Of a DNA stretch of 64,000 bases, positions 39,913-49,453 are shown one piece after another. Where the stretch lies: NCBI GenBank assembly GCA_964365185.1, contig CAYIOP010000003.1, positions 40,828-104,827 of the forward strand, given 5' to 3'. The position numbers and the translations under genes were made by a program. Within the stretch, counting starts at the first letter, position 1; each line of letters starts with the position of its first letter. Under the pieces are notes generated by a model, which was given only the letters and a program-made list of their open reading frames with translations, made no database searches and had not been told where the DNA came from. Origin of the DNA: an uncultured Candidatus Saccharibacteria bacterium (lineage in GTDB: Bacteria > Patescibacteriota > Minisyncoccia > UBA6257 > 2-01-FULL-56-20).

Positions 39913-40953
39913 ATGCTCAAAAAAACCAAGGAGGAAAAAGGTGATAAAACCGAAAATAAAGACCTCGACCACGTCCTCTCTACTCTTCGGGACAAATACG
40001 GCGAAGGCGCGATTATGATGCTTGGCGAAGCCAGAAGAGTGGACGTTGAAGTTATTCCCACTGGTTCTTTTTCTTTAGACATCGCTTTAGGCGTCGGCGG
40101 GCTACCCCGCGGCCGGATTGTTGAAATTTTCGGGCCCGAATCGAGCGGTAAAACCACGCTCTCTTTAAATGTTGTGGCTCAAGCCCAAAAACAAGGCGGC
40201 CGAGCCGCTTACATTGATGCCGAGCACGCGCTAGACCCTGAATACGCCAAACGCCTAGGCGTTAAAATCAACGACCTTCTAATTTCCCAGCCCGACAACG
40301 GCGAAGAGGCCTTAAATATCTTGGAGTCCTTGGTTCGCTCCGAGGCCATCTCAGTAATTGTTGTGGATTCAGTGGCCGCTCTAACTCCCAGAGCTGAAAT
40401 CGAAGGCGAAATGGGCGCTCAATTTATCGGCCTCCAAGCGAGAATGATGTCTCAAGCGCTTCGAAAACTCACGGCCATTGCCGCCAAATCCAGAACTTTA
40501 ATTATTTTCATCAATCAAATCCGCATGCAAATCGGCATGATGTTCGGCAATCCCGAGACCACTCCCGGCGGCCGCGCTCTTAAATTCTACGCCTCGGTCC
40601 GCATCGACGTTCGTAGAGTAGCCCAAGTCAAAAAAGGTGAAAATGTGGTGGGCTCTCGCGTTAAAGCCAAAGTAGTCAAAAACAAAGTCGCCGCGCCTTT
40701 TAAGGTCTCGGAATTCGACATTATGTACGGCGAAGGCATCTCTTATGAAGCGGATGTGCTAAATGCCGGGCTAAAACACGGCGTCATCAAAAAATCCGGC
40801 GCCAGCTATAGTTTTGAAAACGAAAAACTCGGCGTTGGCTTTGACGCTATCCGCGAAAAATTAAAAATCGACAAAAAACTCTTAAAGGAAATCGAAAAAA
40901 AAGTTGAAGCCGAACTCCGCTCTCCAACCACCGTTTCTGCCTCCGAGGAATAA
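39913..40953 (+). CDS. recA: Recombinase A
   Basis: [31 protein letters not shown]. Confidence 0.99.
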   Translation: MLKKTKEEKGDKTENKDLDHVLSTLRDKYGEGAIMMLGEARRVDVEVIPTGSFSLDIALGVGGLPRGRIVEIFGPESSGKTTLSLNVVAQAQKQGGRAAYIDAEHALDPEYAKRLGVKINDLLISQPDNGEEALNILESLVRSEAISVIVVDSVAALTPRAEIEGEMGAQFIGLQARMMSQALRKLTAIAAKSRTLIIFINQIRMQIGMMFGNPETTPGGRALKFYASVRIDVRRVAQVKKGENVVGSRVKAKVVKNKVAAPFKVSEFDIMYGEGISYEADVLNAGLKHGVIKKSGASYSFENEKLGVGFDAIREKLKIDKKLLKEIEKKVEAELRSPTTVSASEE

Positions 40954-40971
40954 AAAAACGTACTTCTTATT

Positions 40972-41418
40972 TTAAAAAGACGGTTCAAAATCGTTGTTTG
41001 GAGTCGAGGTTGAAGTTGAATTCGGAGTCAAACCCGGAGTTAAATCAGTTGGCACGACAGGCAATCTTAACTCGGGAACTTCTTCGAAATTATTGTTTTG
41101 ATTATCAGATTGAGGCGTTGTTCTCAAAAAAGGATAAATAAAATAAATAAAAGATCCTATTATTATAATTGCCAAAACTAAAACCCAAATCACCGCCTTT
41201 GATTTTGGATTATTTAAACCGGCCAGCATTCCGGGTTTATTTTGAGAAACCGAAGACGCCAGTATGATTTTTTCTGATTTAGGAAAATTCCCACCCGACA
41301 AAATCATCGATTTTATATCTGACTCCAAAGTTCGAATCGTAATTTCAGTTGGCGGCGGCGGCACATAAGCGGTCTTATCCGACTCACTCTGCTCATAACC
41401 ATTAGAAAATTCAGCCAT
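40972..41418 (-). CDS. Single-pass membrane hypothetical protein
   Basis: IRTLESDI motif, a TM, Pro/Thr-rich tail. Confidence 0.7.
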   Translation of the reverse strand: MAEFSNGYEQSESDKTAYVPPPPTEITIRTLESDIKSMILSGGNFPKSEKIILASSVSQNKPGMLAGLNNPKSKAVIWVLVLAIIIIGSFIYFIYPFLRTTPQSDNQNNNFEEVPELRLPVVPTDLTPGLTPNSTSTSTPNNDFEPSF

Positions 41419-41576
41419 AAACTAATTATAGCAGGTCTTTCTTTCTCTTTCCTAATCTATATGATTTATTTAAAGATTTTGTAAGTAATTTTCTGACTTA
41501 GGCCTTTTGGCTAGGAAGAAAATTATTTACAAAATCTTGATATTTTTATTTCCGAACAATGATTATCAGTATTACA

Positions 41577-43673
41577 TTACTGAGCTTGTTTTAGAGACAA
41601 AGCCACCCTGCCATCTTCCACCCGAATGACTTTGACTCTCACAAAGTCACCCTCCTTAACCACCTCTTTTACTTCTTTAACGAAACCGTTTTTAAGTTCT
41701 GAAATATGAATCATTCCATCCTGCCCTCCACCTAAATCCACAATCGCTCCAAATTCCAAAATCTTTATAATTTTACCCTCAACCATTTCCCCTATTTTAT
41801 ATTCCTTAGTAAGCGCTTGAATATCAGCCACTGCTTGATTCACGTTATTTTTATCCGTACCCGAGACAAAAATCCAACCGTCCTCATCAATATCAATTCC
41901 ACCCAGCGCGTATTTCTCAATCATTCCATTAATGACTTTGCCGCCCGGCCCGATCACCATTCCAATTTTAGATGAATCAATTTTAAGTCGTGAAATTATC
42001 GGCGCGTATTTTGAAAACTCTGGTTTTGGTTTGTCTAAAACTCCTTTCATAAAATTAAGAATTTTGACTCTCGCCTGTTTCGCCTGTTCGAGTGTCTTCT
42101 CTATCATCTCCATATTTAAACCATTAAATTTCACATCCATCTGGATAGCGGTCACCCCTTCCTCGGTTCCAGCTATTTTAAAATCCATGTCCCCATAATG
42201 GTCTTCCGGTCCTTGAATATCGGTTAAAATTTTATAATTGCCCTGCTCGTCGGACATCATCCCCATCGCAATTCCCGCCGCGGGTTTTCGAATCGGCACC
42301 CCCGCGTCCATGAGCGATAATGATCCCGCGCAAACCGAAGCCATCGAAGAAGAACCGTTCGAAGAAACAATCTCTGAAACTAAACGGATAGTATAAGGGA
42401 AATCTTCTTTTGAAGGAATCAATCGCTTTAAGGCCTTCTCGGCAAGCGCTCCGTGACCAATCTCCCGACGCCCCGGCGACCTAAATGATCCAATCTCCCC
42501 CACTGAATAAGGCGGAAAATTATAATGGAGCATAAATCTACGCTTCCCTGATGATTCCATTGTCTCAACTAATTGCTCTGCTCCCGGCGGCCCTAAAGTG
42601 GTGATAGCGAGCGCATGGGTATTACCTCTTTGAAAAACCGCTGACCCGTGCGTCCTCTCAAAAAGTCCCACTTCCGCATTAAGTTCTCGAACCTCATCCA
42701 TCGCCCTGCCATCCGGTCGCATCTCTTTTTGAAGCACGTTTTTATGAACCAACACATCCACGGCTTCATCAAAAATAAAATCAACTACTTTGAAATCCAT
42801 GGCTCCGGAATCCCCTTGATCTTCTTTTAAAAAATTAAAGAGCTGCTGTTTCAAATCAGCCATTCTTTCATAATATTGTGATCGATCCTTAATATAAACC
42901 ACCTCTTCCAATTTTCCCGATAAAAATTTATCTATTTTTGTTTTAAGTTCGACATCTGTGGTCGCTAAAACTATCTCCGATTTTTTACGGCCAACCTCTT
43001 TGACAATTTTTTTCTGAAAATCAATTAATTTATTAATCTCTTTTTGGCCGGCGGCAAACGCCTCTAAAATTTCCGATTCCTTCGCCTCATCTCCTTGAAG
43101 CTCCACCATATTAATTTTATCTTCCGGACCAGAAAGGAATGTCTCAAAAGAAAGATCCCCGGATTGCATCTCAGAATTAGTGGGATTAAAAATCATCTTG
43201 GCTCCGATCTTAGCCACTCTTACTCCCCCGATTGGTCCGCCCCACGGCACATCCGATATCGCAAGCGCTGCCGATGCTCCCATTAATCCCACAAAATCCG
43301 GATCGTTTTCTTCGTCAAAAGCTAAAACTGTCACCACTACCTGAATCTCTCTTCTAATTCGACTATCAAAAAGCGGCCGGAGTGTCCTATCTACTAATCG
43401 TCCCGAAAGCACTGCCTCATCCGACGGCCTGCCTTCTCTTCGAATAAACCTACTCCCAATAATTTTTCCCGCCGCATAAAATTTTTCTTCATAGTCCACC
43501 TTAAGCGGCAAATAATCCACGCTCGCCTCTTTTTTAGACATAACGACCGTCACCAACACCACTGTTTCACCATAGCGCGCCAAAATCGACGCATTGGTCT
43601 GCGGCGCCAAATTTGAAAGCTCTAACCTAAGCATCCTGCCACCCACTTCAATTTCAAATTGTTTTTTATTCAT
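41577..43673 (-). CDS. pnp: Polyribonucleotide nucleotidyltransferase
   Basis: RREIGHG, SNGSSSMAS, GDMDFK, KH and S1 domains. Confidence 0.98.
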   Translation of the reverse strand: MNKKQFEIEVGGRMLRLELSNLAPQTNASILARYGETVVLVTVVMSKKEASVDYLPLKVDYEEKFYAAGKIIGSRFIRREGRPSDEAVLSGRLVDRTLRPLFDSRIRREIQVVVTVLAFDEENDPDFVGLMGASAALAISDVPWGGPIGGVRVAKIGAKMIFNPTNSEMQSGDLSFETFLSGPEDKINMVELQGDEAKESEILEAFAAGQKEINKLIDFQKKIVKEVGRKKSEIVLATTDVELKTKIDKFLSGKLEEVVYIKDRSQYYERMADLKQQLFNFLKEDQGDSGAMDFKVVDFIFDEAVDVLVHKNVLQKEMRPDGRAMDEVRELNAEVGLFERTHGSAVFQRGNTHALAITTLGPPGAEQLVETMESSGKRRFMLHYNFPPYSVGEIGSFRSPGRREIGHGALAEKALKRLIPSKEDFPYTIRLVSEIVSSNGSSSMASVCAGSLSLMDAGVPIRKPAAGIAMGMMSDEQGNYKILTDIQGPEDHYGDMDFKIAGTEEGVTAIQMDVKFNGLNMEMIEKTLEQAKQARVKILNFMKGVLDKPKPEFSKYAPIISRLKIDSSKIGMVIGPGGKVINGMIEKYALGGIDIDEDGWIFVSGTDKNNVNQAVADIQALTKEYKIGEMVEGKIIKILEFGAIVDLGGGQDGMIHISELKNGFVKEVKEVVKEGDFVRVKVIRVEDGRVALSLKQAQ

Positions 43674-43684
43674 AATTTTACTTG

Positions 43685-43752
43685 CCCTCCTAAGTTTTCT
43701 TTTACCCTCCTAAATTTCATCAAAATTTTGGCGGGCTGAAAATTCTGAAGGG
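43685..43752. repeat. REP-like family A, one copy nested in another
   Basis: CCCTCCTAAGTTTT..[CCCTCCTAAATTT..AAAATTTTGGCGGG]..AAAATTCTGAAGGG; related copies at 6872, 25889 and 60480. Confidence 0.7.
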
Positions 43753-43823
43753 TTGCTCTCTTTTTTTCTTTAACTTTAATTTTTATTTATTAGCGGCGTT
43801 CGCCTACGTTCGAATCGTTAGTA

Positions 43824-44336
43824 TTATTTGCGCAAAATAACCCTCGGCACCTCTTCTAAATTAGTAAATCTATCCGCCGCTTCCTGAACTTTAGCCGAAG
43901 CCGTCCGCTTAAAAGCCGCCACTTCCACCAATCTCCCAACTCCCCACTTTAAGTAGTCGATGAGTGGCAAAAAATCTCCGTCGCCCGTTACCAACACCAC
44001 CACATCGAGAAATGGAGACATCCGAATCGCATCCACCGCCATTCCCACATCCCAATCCGCTTTTTTAAGTCCGTCCGGATAAATTTGCAAATCTTTAATC
44101 CTTAGTTCCAAACCGGATTTTTCAAGTGCCTCAAAAAAAGCCGACTCGCCTAAAGCCGTGTCGCTTTTAACCACGTAAGCCATCGCTCGAATAAGTTGCC
44201 GACCAGCCACCAAGTTTTTAATGAGCTCCGGATAATTTACGCGCGCGTGATAAAGATTTCTAGCTGAATGATAAAGATTCTGAACATCCACAAAAATCCC
44301 GATGCGCTGATTAACATACCCTAAATTTCCTTTCAT
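43824..44336 (-). CDS. NYN domain protein (LabA/DUF88, PIN-like)
   Basis: FVDVQNLY, KADWDVGMAVD, TGDGDF. Confidence 0.92.
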   Translation of the reverse strand: MKGNLGYVNQRIGIFVDVQNLYHSARNLYHARVNYPELIKNLVAGRQLIRAMAYVVKSDTALGESAFFEALEKSGLELRIKDLQIYPDGLKKADWDVGMAVDAIRMSPFLDVVVLVTGDGDFLPLIDYLKWGVGRLVEVAAFKRTASAKVQEAADRFTNLEEVPRVILRK

Positions 44337-44343
44337 AATCAAT

Positions 44344-44407
44344 GTATTCTCCCTATTATTTTTTTCGTATCCAAAAGACATAACGAAAAAAATAATAGGG
44401 AGAATAC
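44344..44407. promoter_or_regulatory. 25-bp perfect inverted repeat between rpsO and the NYN gene
   Basis: GTATTCTCCCTATTATTTTTTTCGT / ACGAAAAAAATAATAGGGAGAATAC; covers the SD of the NYN gene. Confidence 0.75.
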
Positions 44408-44435
44408 GATATTTTAAATAATTATCGCCCAGGCA

Positions 44436-44702
44436 TTATTTCTTCAGCCCCAATTTTTTCACTACTTTTAAATATTCGGCCGGTTCTTTCTTTTTTAAAT
44501 AATCCAAAAGTTTCCTCCGCTTTGAAACCATCTTTAGTAATCCCCTTCGCGAGTGGTTATCTTTCGGATTTTTCTTTAAATGTTTAGCCAATTCCTCAAT
44601 TTGGCGAGTCAAATTAGCCGTTTGCACCTGCGCCGAACCAGTGTCTTTATCGTGTTTTTGACTCTCCCCAATAATCTTGGCCTTCACTCGCTTAGTAAGC
44701 AT
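44436..44702 (-). CDS. rpsO: 30S ribosomal protein S15
   Basis: DTGSAQVQ, HSRRGLLKMVSKRRKLLDYL. Confidence 0.98.
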   Translation of the reverse strand: MLTKRVKAKIIGESQKHDKDTGSAQVQTANLTRQIEELAKHLKKNPKDNHSRRGLLKMVSKRRKLLDYLKKKEPAEYLKVVKKLGLKK

Positions 44703-44902
44703 TTTGTCATTCTAAATTAAAAATTGTTAAAAATCAAGAGTCCCTCATTTTTTAACTAAAGAGTGAGGGATAAAAAAACCTGTCGCAAAATATCACAAAT
44801 AATATTATAATTTTGAAGTGTAAAATTTGTATTACTAGTATCGCTCTTTTTCTTACCAACTTGTTTCTAAAACCTAAAAACTATCACCTATCACCTAAAA
44901 TT

Positions 44903-45793
44903 ATGACTATTGAATCCGCCCTTAAAAATTACTTGGATTATCTCGAAATCGAAAAAAATCGCTCCCCCAAAACCCGCGAAAATTATGAACACTACCTGCG
45001 TCAATTTATAGATTCCTCTAAAATCAAAACCCCTGAAGCCATTAACGAAAATATTGTCCGAGAATTTAGGGTCTCGCTTTCAAGAAAAAACCTCAAAAAA
45101 ATCACCCAAAATTATTATGTCATCGCCATCCGGAATTTCCTGAAATATCTAACCAAACACGACCTCAAGGTTCTCTCGCCTGACAAAATCGAACTCCCAA
45201 GGGTAAGTCGCCGCCAAATAGAAATTTTGGAATATAAAGACCTTGAACGTTTAATTGCCGCCCCAGCCGGTTCTGATCTCCGCTCCCTCCGTGATAAAGC
45301 CATTCTTGAAACCTTTTTTTCAACCGGCCTCCGTCTCTCCGAACTCTGCTCGCTCGACCGATTTTTGGACTTTAATCGCGCGGAAATATCTATTCGAGGC
45401 AAAGGCGAAAAAATCCGCGTTGTCTTTCTATCTCCTTCAGCTCTCTCTTCAATCAAAAAATATCTTGAAAAAAGATCGGATGCCGAGTCCGCACTATTCA
45501 TCAGTTTAACCAAAGCCAAAAATCCAAAAGTTCTCGGCCGCATCACTCCCCGCGCCGTGGAACGCCTAGTCGCTCTCTACGGTAAAATAGCTGGCATCCC
45601 GGCCTCTAAAATCAGCCCGCACAAAATCCGCCACCAATTCGCCACCGACCTCCTGATGAATGGAGCCGACCTGCGCGCGGTCCAAGAAATGCTTGGCCAC
45701 TCCTCTATCTCCACCACTCAAATCTACACCCACATTACCAACAAACAATTAAAAGAAATCCATCAAGCCTTTCATGGAAAAAGAAGAGAGTAA
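44903..45793 (+). CDS. Tyrosine recombinase XerC/XerD family
   Basis: STGLRLSEL, GKG.K.R, HKIRH, LGH, TTQIYTH catalytic residues. Confidence 0.93.
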   Translation: MTIESALKNYLDYLEIEKNRSPKTRENYEHYLRQFIDSSKIKTPEAINENIVREFRVSLSRKNLKKITQNYYVIAIRNFLKYLTKHDLKVLSPDKIELPRVSRRQIEILEYKDLERLIAAPAGSDLRSLRDKAILETFFSTGLRLSELCSLDRFLDFNRAEISIRGKGEKIRVVFLSPSALSSIKKYLEKRSDAESALFISLTKAKNPKVLGRITPRAVERLVALYGKIAGIPASKISPHKIRHQFATDLLMNGADLRAVQEMLGHSSISTTQIYTHITNKQLKEIHQAFHGKRRE

Positions 45794-45828
45794 CTTTCTG
45801 ATTTAAAGCTGTAGACGAAAATAATCTG

Positions 45829-45911
45829 TGCCGAAGGAGAGATTTGAACTCTCACGGGATTACTCCCACATGGTCCTAAACCATGCGCGTCTGCCATTTC
45901 GCCACTTCGGC
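45829..45911 (-). tRNA. tRNA-Leu (TAG)
   Basis: GCCGAAG acceptor, CATGG TTTAGGA CCATG, long variable arm. Confidence 0.95.
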
Positions 45912-45998
45912 AAAAACCTCACAAAACACCAAAAAAATCATCCGTATATACCTATTTGTTAAGGCATTCATATACTACATTACAACATCGTATTTTAT

Positions 45999-46027
45999 TT
46001 GACAAATAAAAAAATATATGATAAGAT
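45999..46027 (+). promoter_or_regulatory. Sigma70 promoter of the SPFH operon
   Basis: TTGACA-17-TAAGAT with an extended TG. Confidence 0.6.
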
Positions 46028-46150
46028 ACTAGACGCAGAAATTCCGCTCTTCTTTAAAAAGAATATCGAAATTTTCTGTAGAAACGGCGATTCAAAAACT
46101 CGCCACCCGCAACTTGAAAATTGAAAATAACCAGATACAAGGAGAATTCA

Positions 46151-47242
46151 ATGAACAGTCTGTTTGTAGGAGCAGGAATCGGGCTAGTTATTGTTACTAT
46201 CGCCCTCCTCCTTTCCCTTTTCTATCTTACTCTTCTTCTCCTCGCGAAAAACAACTTGTTTTTCACGTATGTTGAAGAGGGTAGAGCTAAAGCCGTCATG
46301 GAATACGGCGAATTTCACAAGATGGTAATGGTTTATAAAGACCATTATTTTGACCAACTAGGTTTCGTTCGCCACGTAAGTGAAGAAGGAAAAATCGCCA
46401 AAATCGCGAATGGAAGAGTGGATGAAAAATCAATTCTCGACGACAAACATTACAAAATTGAACTCGAGAAACCGAAATCATTCTTGCCAAAAGGCATAAA
46501 ATGGATCGGTAACCCCTTCGTTTACTCTGTACATAGCTACACCTTTCGCTGGGATTCTTTAAGGCAAGAAGTCCTAGAAAGCGGAGCTATCATTCAAAAA
46601 ACCATCCATCACGACGAAAAAATAGATTACATCATTGTTCAAGATGATGTCTATGTAACTGTCGTGAAAGAAGCCGAGACTAAACAGATGGTTCCTTTAG
46701 ACATTCTAGCAGTTCTTACTATTCGCGTTGTAAACCCTTATAAAGCTTTATTCCGCACCCAAGAGTGGCTGGAACAAACCACCAACTTGATTACACCCGC
46801 CATTCGAAGTTTTGTAGGCAACAAAGAATATGAAGACCTAACTACCGAAATGAAAGAAGGGGGACAAACCCAGAAAGCAGCTGAACAAGGATTTCTCACT
46901 GAATCACGAATGGACGAAGAAATCCAAGAAGATTACGGAGTTCGCATCAAGAAAGTCGGTTTTATTAGAATCGACCCTTCCGGCGCAAGAGCTTTAAAAT
47001 ACGTTGCTGCTGCTTCCAAAAAATACGAAGCTCAGAAAAAAGCAGAATCAATTGAAGTTTTGGCTGATGCCGAGGAAGGTCGGATTCGGAAAGTTTACCA
47101 AGCCGTTCAAGATTTCGGTCCTACTGGCACCTCGATTCGAGGAGCAGAAGCGATTGAAAAATCGTCTCAAACAGGAAAATCGACCATCATTCCATTCCCA
47201 GTTGAAATTCTAAATTTCGTCAAACAGGTGATTGGTAGATAA
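46151..47242 (+). CDS. SPFH/band-7-like membrane protein
   Basis: N-terminal TM, EAETK..VPLDI..IRVVNPYKALF, DYGVRIK.V..ID, C-terminal coiled coil; AAGGAG SD. Confidence 0.7.
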   Translation: MNSLFVGAGIGLVIVTIALLLSLFYLTLLLLAKNNLFFTYVEEGRAKAVMEYGEFHKMVMVYKDHYFDQLGFVRHVSEEGKIAKIANGRVDEKSILDDKHYKIELEKPKSFLPKGIKWIGNPFVYSVHSYTFRWDSLRQEVLESGAIIQKTIHHDEKIDYIIVQDDVYVTVVKEAETKQMVPLDILAVLTIRVVNPYKALFRTQEWLEQTTNLITPAIRSFVGNKEYEDLTTEMKEGGQTQKAAEQGFLTESRMDEEIQEDYGVRIKKVGFIRIDPSGARALKYVAAASKKYEAQKKAESIEVLADAEEGRIRKVYQAVQDFGPTGTSIRGAEAIEKSSQTGKSTIIPFPVEILNFVKQVIGR

Positions 47243-47285
47243 CCATCATCTGAAACACCAAGATAGAAAGGAAGGTATTAACCCC

Positions 47286-48419
47286 GTGAAGAAGTTCGTA
47301 AAATACGGCTTAATAGCTCTTGGCTCTTTGGCCCTAATAACAGTGGTTGGATTGATTACCAATATCAATTCTAAAACACTTTGGAACGGTCTCCTCTTTT
47401 TTATTGGACTCTTTGTAATTCTGACTATCGGTATATTCGCTATCGCGATGATAGCTAAAATTACAAGATCATCCGGTCAACGCCCAACTCCAACCGGAAC
47501 AACTCCTCAAAAATCCTTTTGGGAGAAATTCCTCGAGAGTCCGATTGGAAAATCCACAGCCACCGCCACTTTTCTGATTTTCCTCTACGGCCTCATCCTC
47601 TGGCTTCTCTACGGACCAATTTCTCAAATGATCCGATCTAAATGGGCAATGCCTGAATTTTCAGCGTGGATGCTTGTAACTATCCTCGGCTTAGCATTAA
47701 TCACGCCTGCGCTTTGGAAACTCTTCGCTGTCGCTGGAATCCCTGGTGACTACAAAAATGTCAAAAGTGGACTCCGTGCCGTCTCCTTAGCTATAGCTAT
47801 CTTCCTCGCTTACGCCCATTATGGAGGAAAACAACTATTCGACGAAAAGAGTGGACAAGCCAATTTCATGGTTGATGAAAAAAACGGGCAGATGCACTTT
47901 ATCAAGCCAGCAAGTGGCGAAGATAGCGACACCGCTCGTTTTTCACCTGAAACCGGAGAGAAGCTCCGGCCCGGCAAAAAGGAAGATGCAAAAAAAATTG
48001 GGCCTCCATCTCAAAACATCCTCCAAAGAGCCGTAGAGGTAGTCAAAAGGGAAAATCAAACCCCTTGCGACACAGTGGTTCTCGCTCCCAACACCACTAC
48101 CTATTCACCCACCCAAAACCAAAGCCAGTGGGTACTCTACGTCATACCAGCTGGGAACGGCTGGTCGGGAGTAATATCCGAAAGCGACAAAATGGCTGGA
48201 GGCTACTGGTTTCAAACAGAAGTAAAAACTTTGGTTCAAGCCAGAAAAAAAGACGTATGGAGTATTAGTCAAGAAACGTACGTCGAGGGAAAATGGCTGC
48301 CCCCGATTCCAAACGGGAAAGGGATAAAAGTGCCAAAAGAATATTTCTTCAACACTTCCAACCTTAAGTGGCGCCAGGACCCTGAGCAAGAAATTCAAGT
48401 TCTTGCTCGGTGGAACTAA
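47286..48419 (+). CDS. Membrane protein with extracellular C-terminal domain
   Basis: 5 TMs, then a soluble domain containing FSPETGEKL. Confidence 0.7.
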   Translation: MKKFVKYGLIALGSLALITVVGLITNINSKTLWNGLLFFIGLFVILTIGIFAIAMIAKITRSSGQRPTPTGTTPQKSFWEKFLESPIGKSTATATFLIFLYGLILWLLYGPISQMIRSKWAMPEFSAWMLVTILGLALITPALWKLFAVAGIPGDYKNVKSGLRAVSLAIAIFLAYAHYGGKQLFDEKSGQANFMVDEKNGQMHFIKPASGEDSDTARFSPETGEKLRPGKKEDAKKIGPPSQNILQRAVEVVKRENQTPCDTVVLAPNTTTYSPTQNQSQWVLYVIPAGNGWSGVISESDKMAGGYWFQTEVKTLVQARKKDVWSISQETYVEGKWLPPIPNGKGIKVPKEYFFNTSNLKWRQDPEQEIQVLARWN

Positions 48420-48461
48420 AAAATTTCCTGAGTGAAAATAAAATTTACTTAGGACCAAAAC

Positions 48462-48494
48462 AAAGCTCTGCGCTCAACCGCGCAGAGCTTTTTT
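48462..48494 (+). terminator. Intrinsic terminator
   Basis: AAGCTCTGCGC-loop-GCGCAGAGCTT followed by a T run. Confidence 0.8.
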
Positions 48495-48573
48495 AATTCT
48501 CCGAACACAAAAACCCCCGCGACAAATATTCGTCTCGGGGGTTTTCAAAATCCAAAAAGCTAAAACTGGCTAT

Positions 48574-48942
48574 TTATAAGGGAACGTCTACATCTGCACA
48601 TGTTCCGGCATCGCCTCCCAAAATCGATCCCACCACTCTTGGTACCGCTGTAGCCAAAAGTCCCACTGCCACCGCAATTGCCGCATAAAGAATCTGTTTA
48701 TTCGCTGCTGCCACCTTCTCTGAATCCCCGCCCGCAGTCAAATACTTGAAAGCCGCCATAATAATAAAGATCACCGCCAGCACAATTAATACCACAAGCA
48801 AAATTCTAGTTATCCTCTCAATCACTTTTATCACATCGCAAAAATCCCTTACCGCGGGATCCTGTTGAGCTAAAGCCAATACCGGCACTATCACCTGCAA
48901 GGCCAAAACCGACCACAAAGTTATCTTTTTAAACTTTTCCAT
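48574..48942 (-). CDS. TrbC/VirB2-like pilin
   Basis: Signal peptide ALA|Q and two TMs joined by KYLTAGGDSEKV. Confidence 0.82.
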   Translation of the reverse strand: MEKFKKITLWSVLALQVIVPVLALAQQDPAVRDFCDVIKVIERITRILLVVLIVLAVIFIIMAAFKYLTAGGDSEKVAAANKQILYAAIAVAVGLLATAVPRVVGSILGGDAGTCADVDVPL

Positions 48943-49040
48943 AATCTCTAAAATCTATTAATTATTTAGTCGCATAGAAACTTGCCTCGACCTTTCAATA
49001 TATTTATTATATATCGATCTTAAAAAAATTGCCACCCAAC

Positions 49041-49403
49041 TTAGCTACCCACGCCTAAAACATCTTTAATAATAAAAACTACTCCTTTCGCCAAAAGAAT
49101 TATACCAAAACCCACAGCCGCGTATAAAATTGTTTTCCTACCCTTGCTAAATTTCTCCGGGTCTCCAGCCGCAGTCAAAATCTGAAAAGCCCCTACAATC
49201 ACCATCACCGTTGCAATCGGTGCTGAAAGCAAAATTAAACCGTTAATAATACTATTTACGCATTCCTCTAAAGTCACGCACTTTAAAGGATTGGGAATGG
49301 TGAATCCTTGCCCACCCGGCTCTCCATCTTGAGCCAACGCCACGCCAAAAAACAAAAAATTCCCTGCCAAAAATATAAAAATTCCAATCTTTAATCCCTT
49401 CAT
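49041..49403 (-). CDS. TrbC/VirB2-like pilin
   Basis: IPNPL, two TMs, TAAGDPEKFSKGRK. Confidence 0.82.
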   Translation of the reverse strand: MKGLKIGIFIFLAGNFLFFGVALAQDGEPGGQGFTIPNPLKCVTLEECVNSIINGLILLSAPIATVMVIVGAFQILTAAGDPEKFSKGRKTILYAAVGFGIILLAKGVVFIIKDVLGVGS

Positions 49404-49453
49404 TTTTTAAATTTTAGCATAAAGCAAAATAAATTACACTCTAAAAATTTATC

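Noticed and set aside
41473-41538. Family C as integron attC sites or a c-di-GMP riboswitch
   Set aside because: It lacks RYYYAAC/GTTRRRY boxes and the GEMM P1/P2 consensus; only a short CTAAG resemblance.
44903-45911. Xer gene plus tRNA-Leu as a prophage or island integrase site
   Set aside because: It looks like a housekeeping XerC/D; I saw no duplicated tRNA 3' end (att) and no phage genes.
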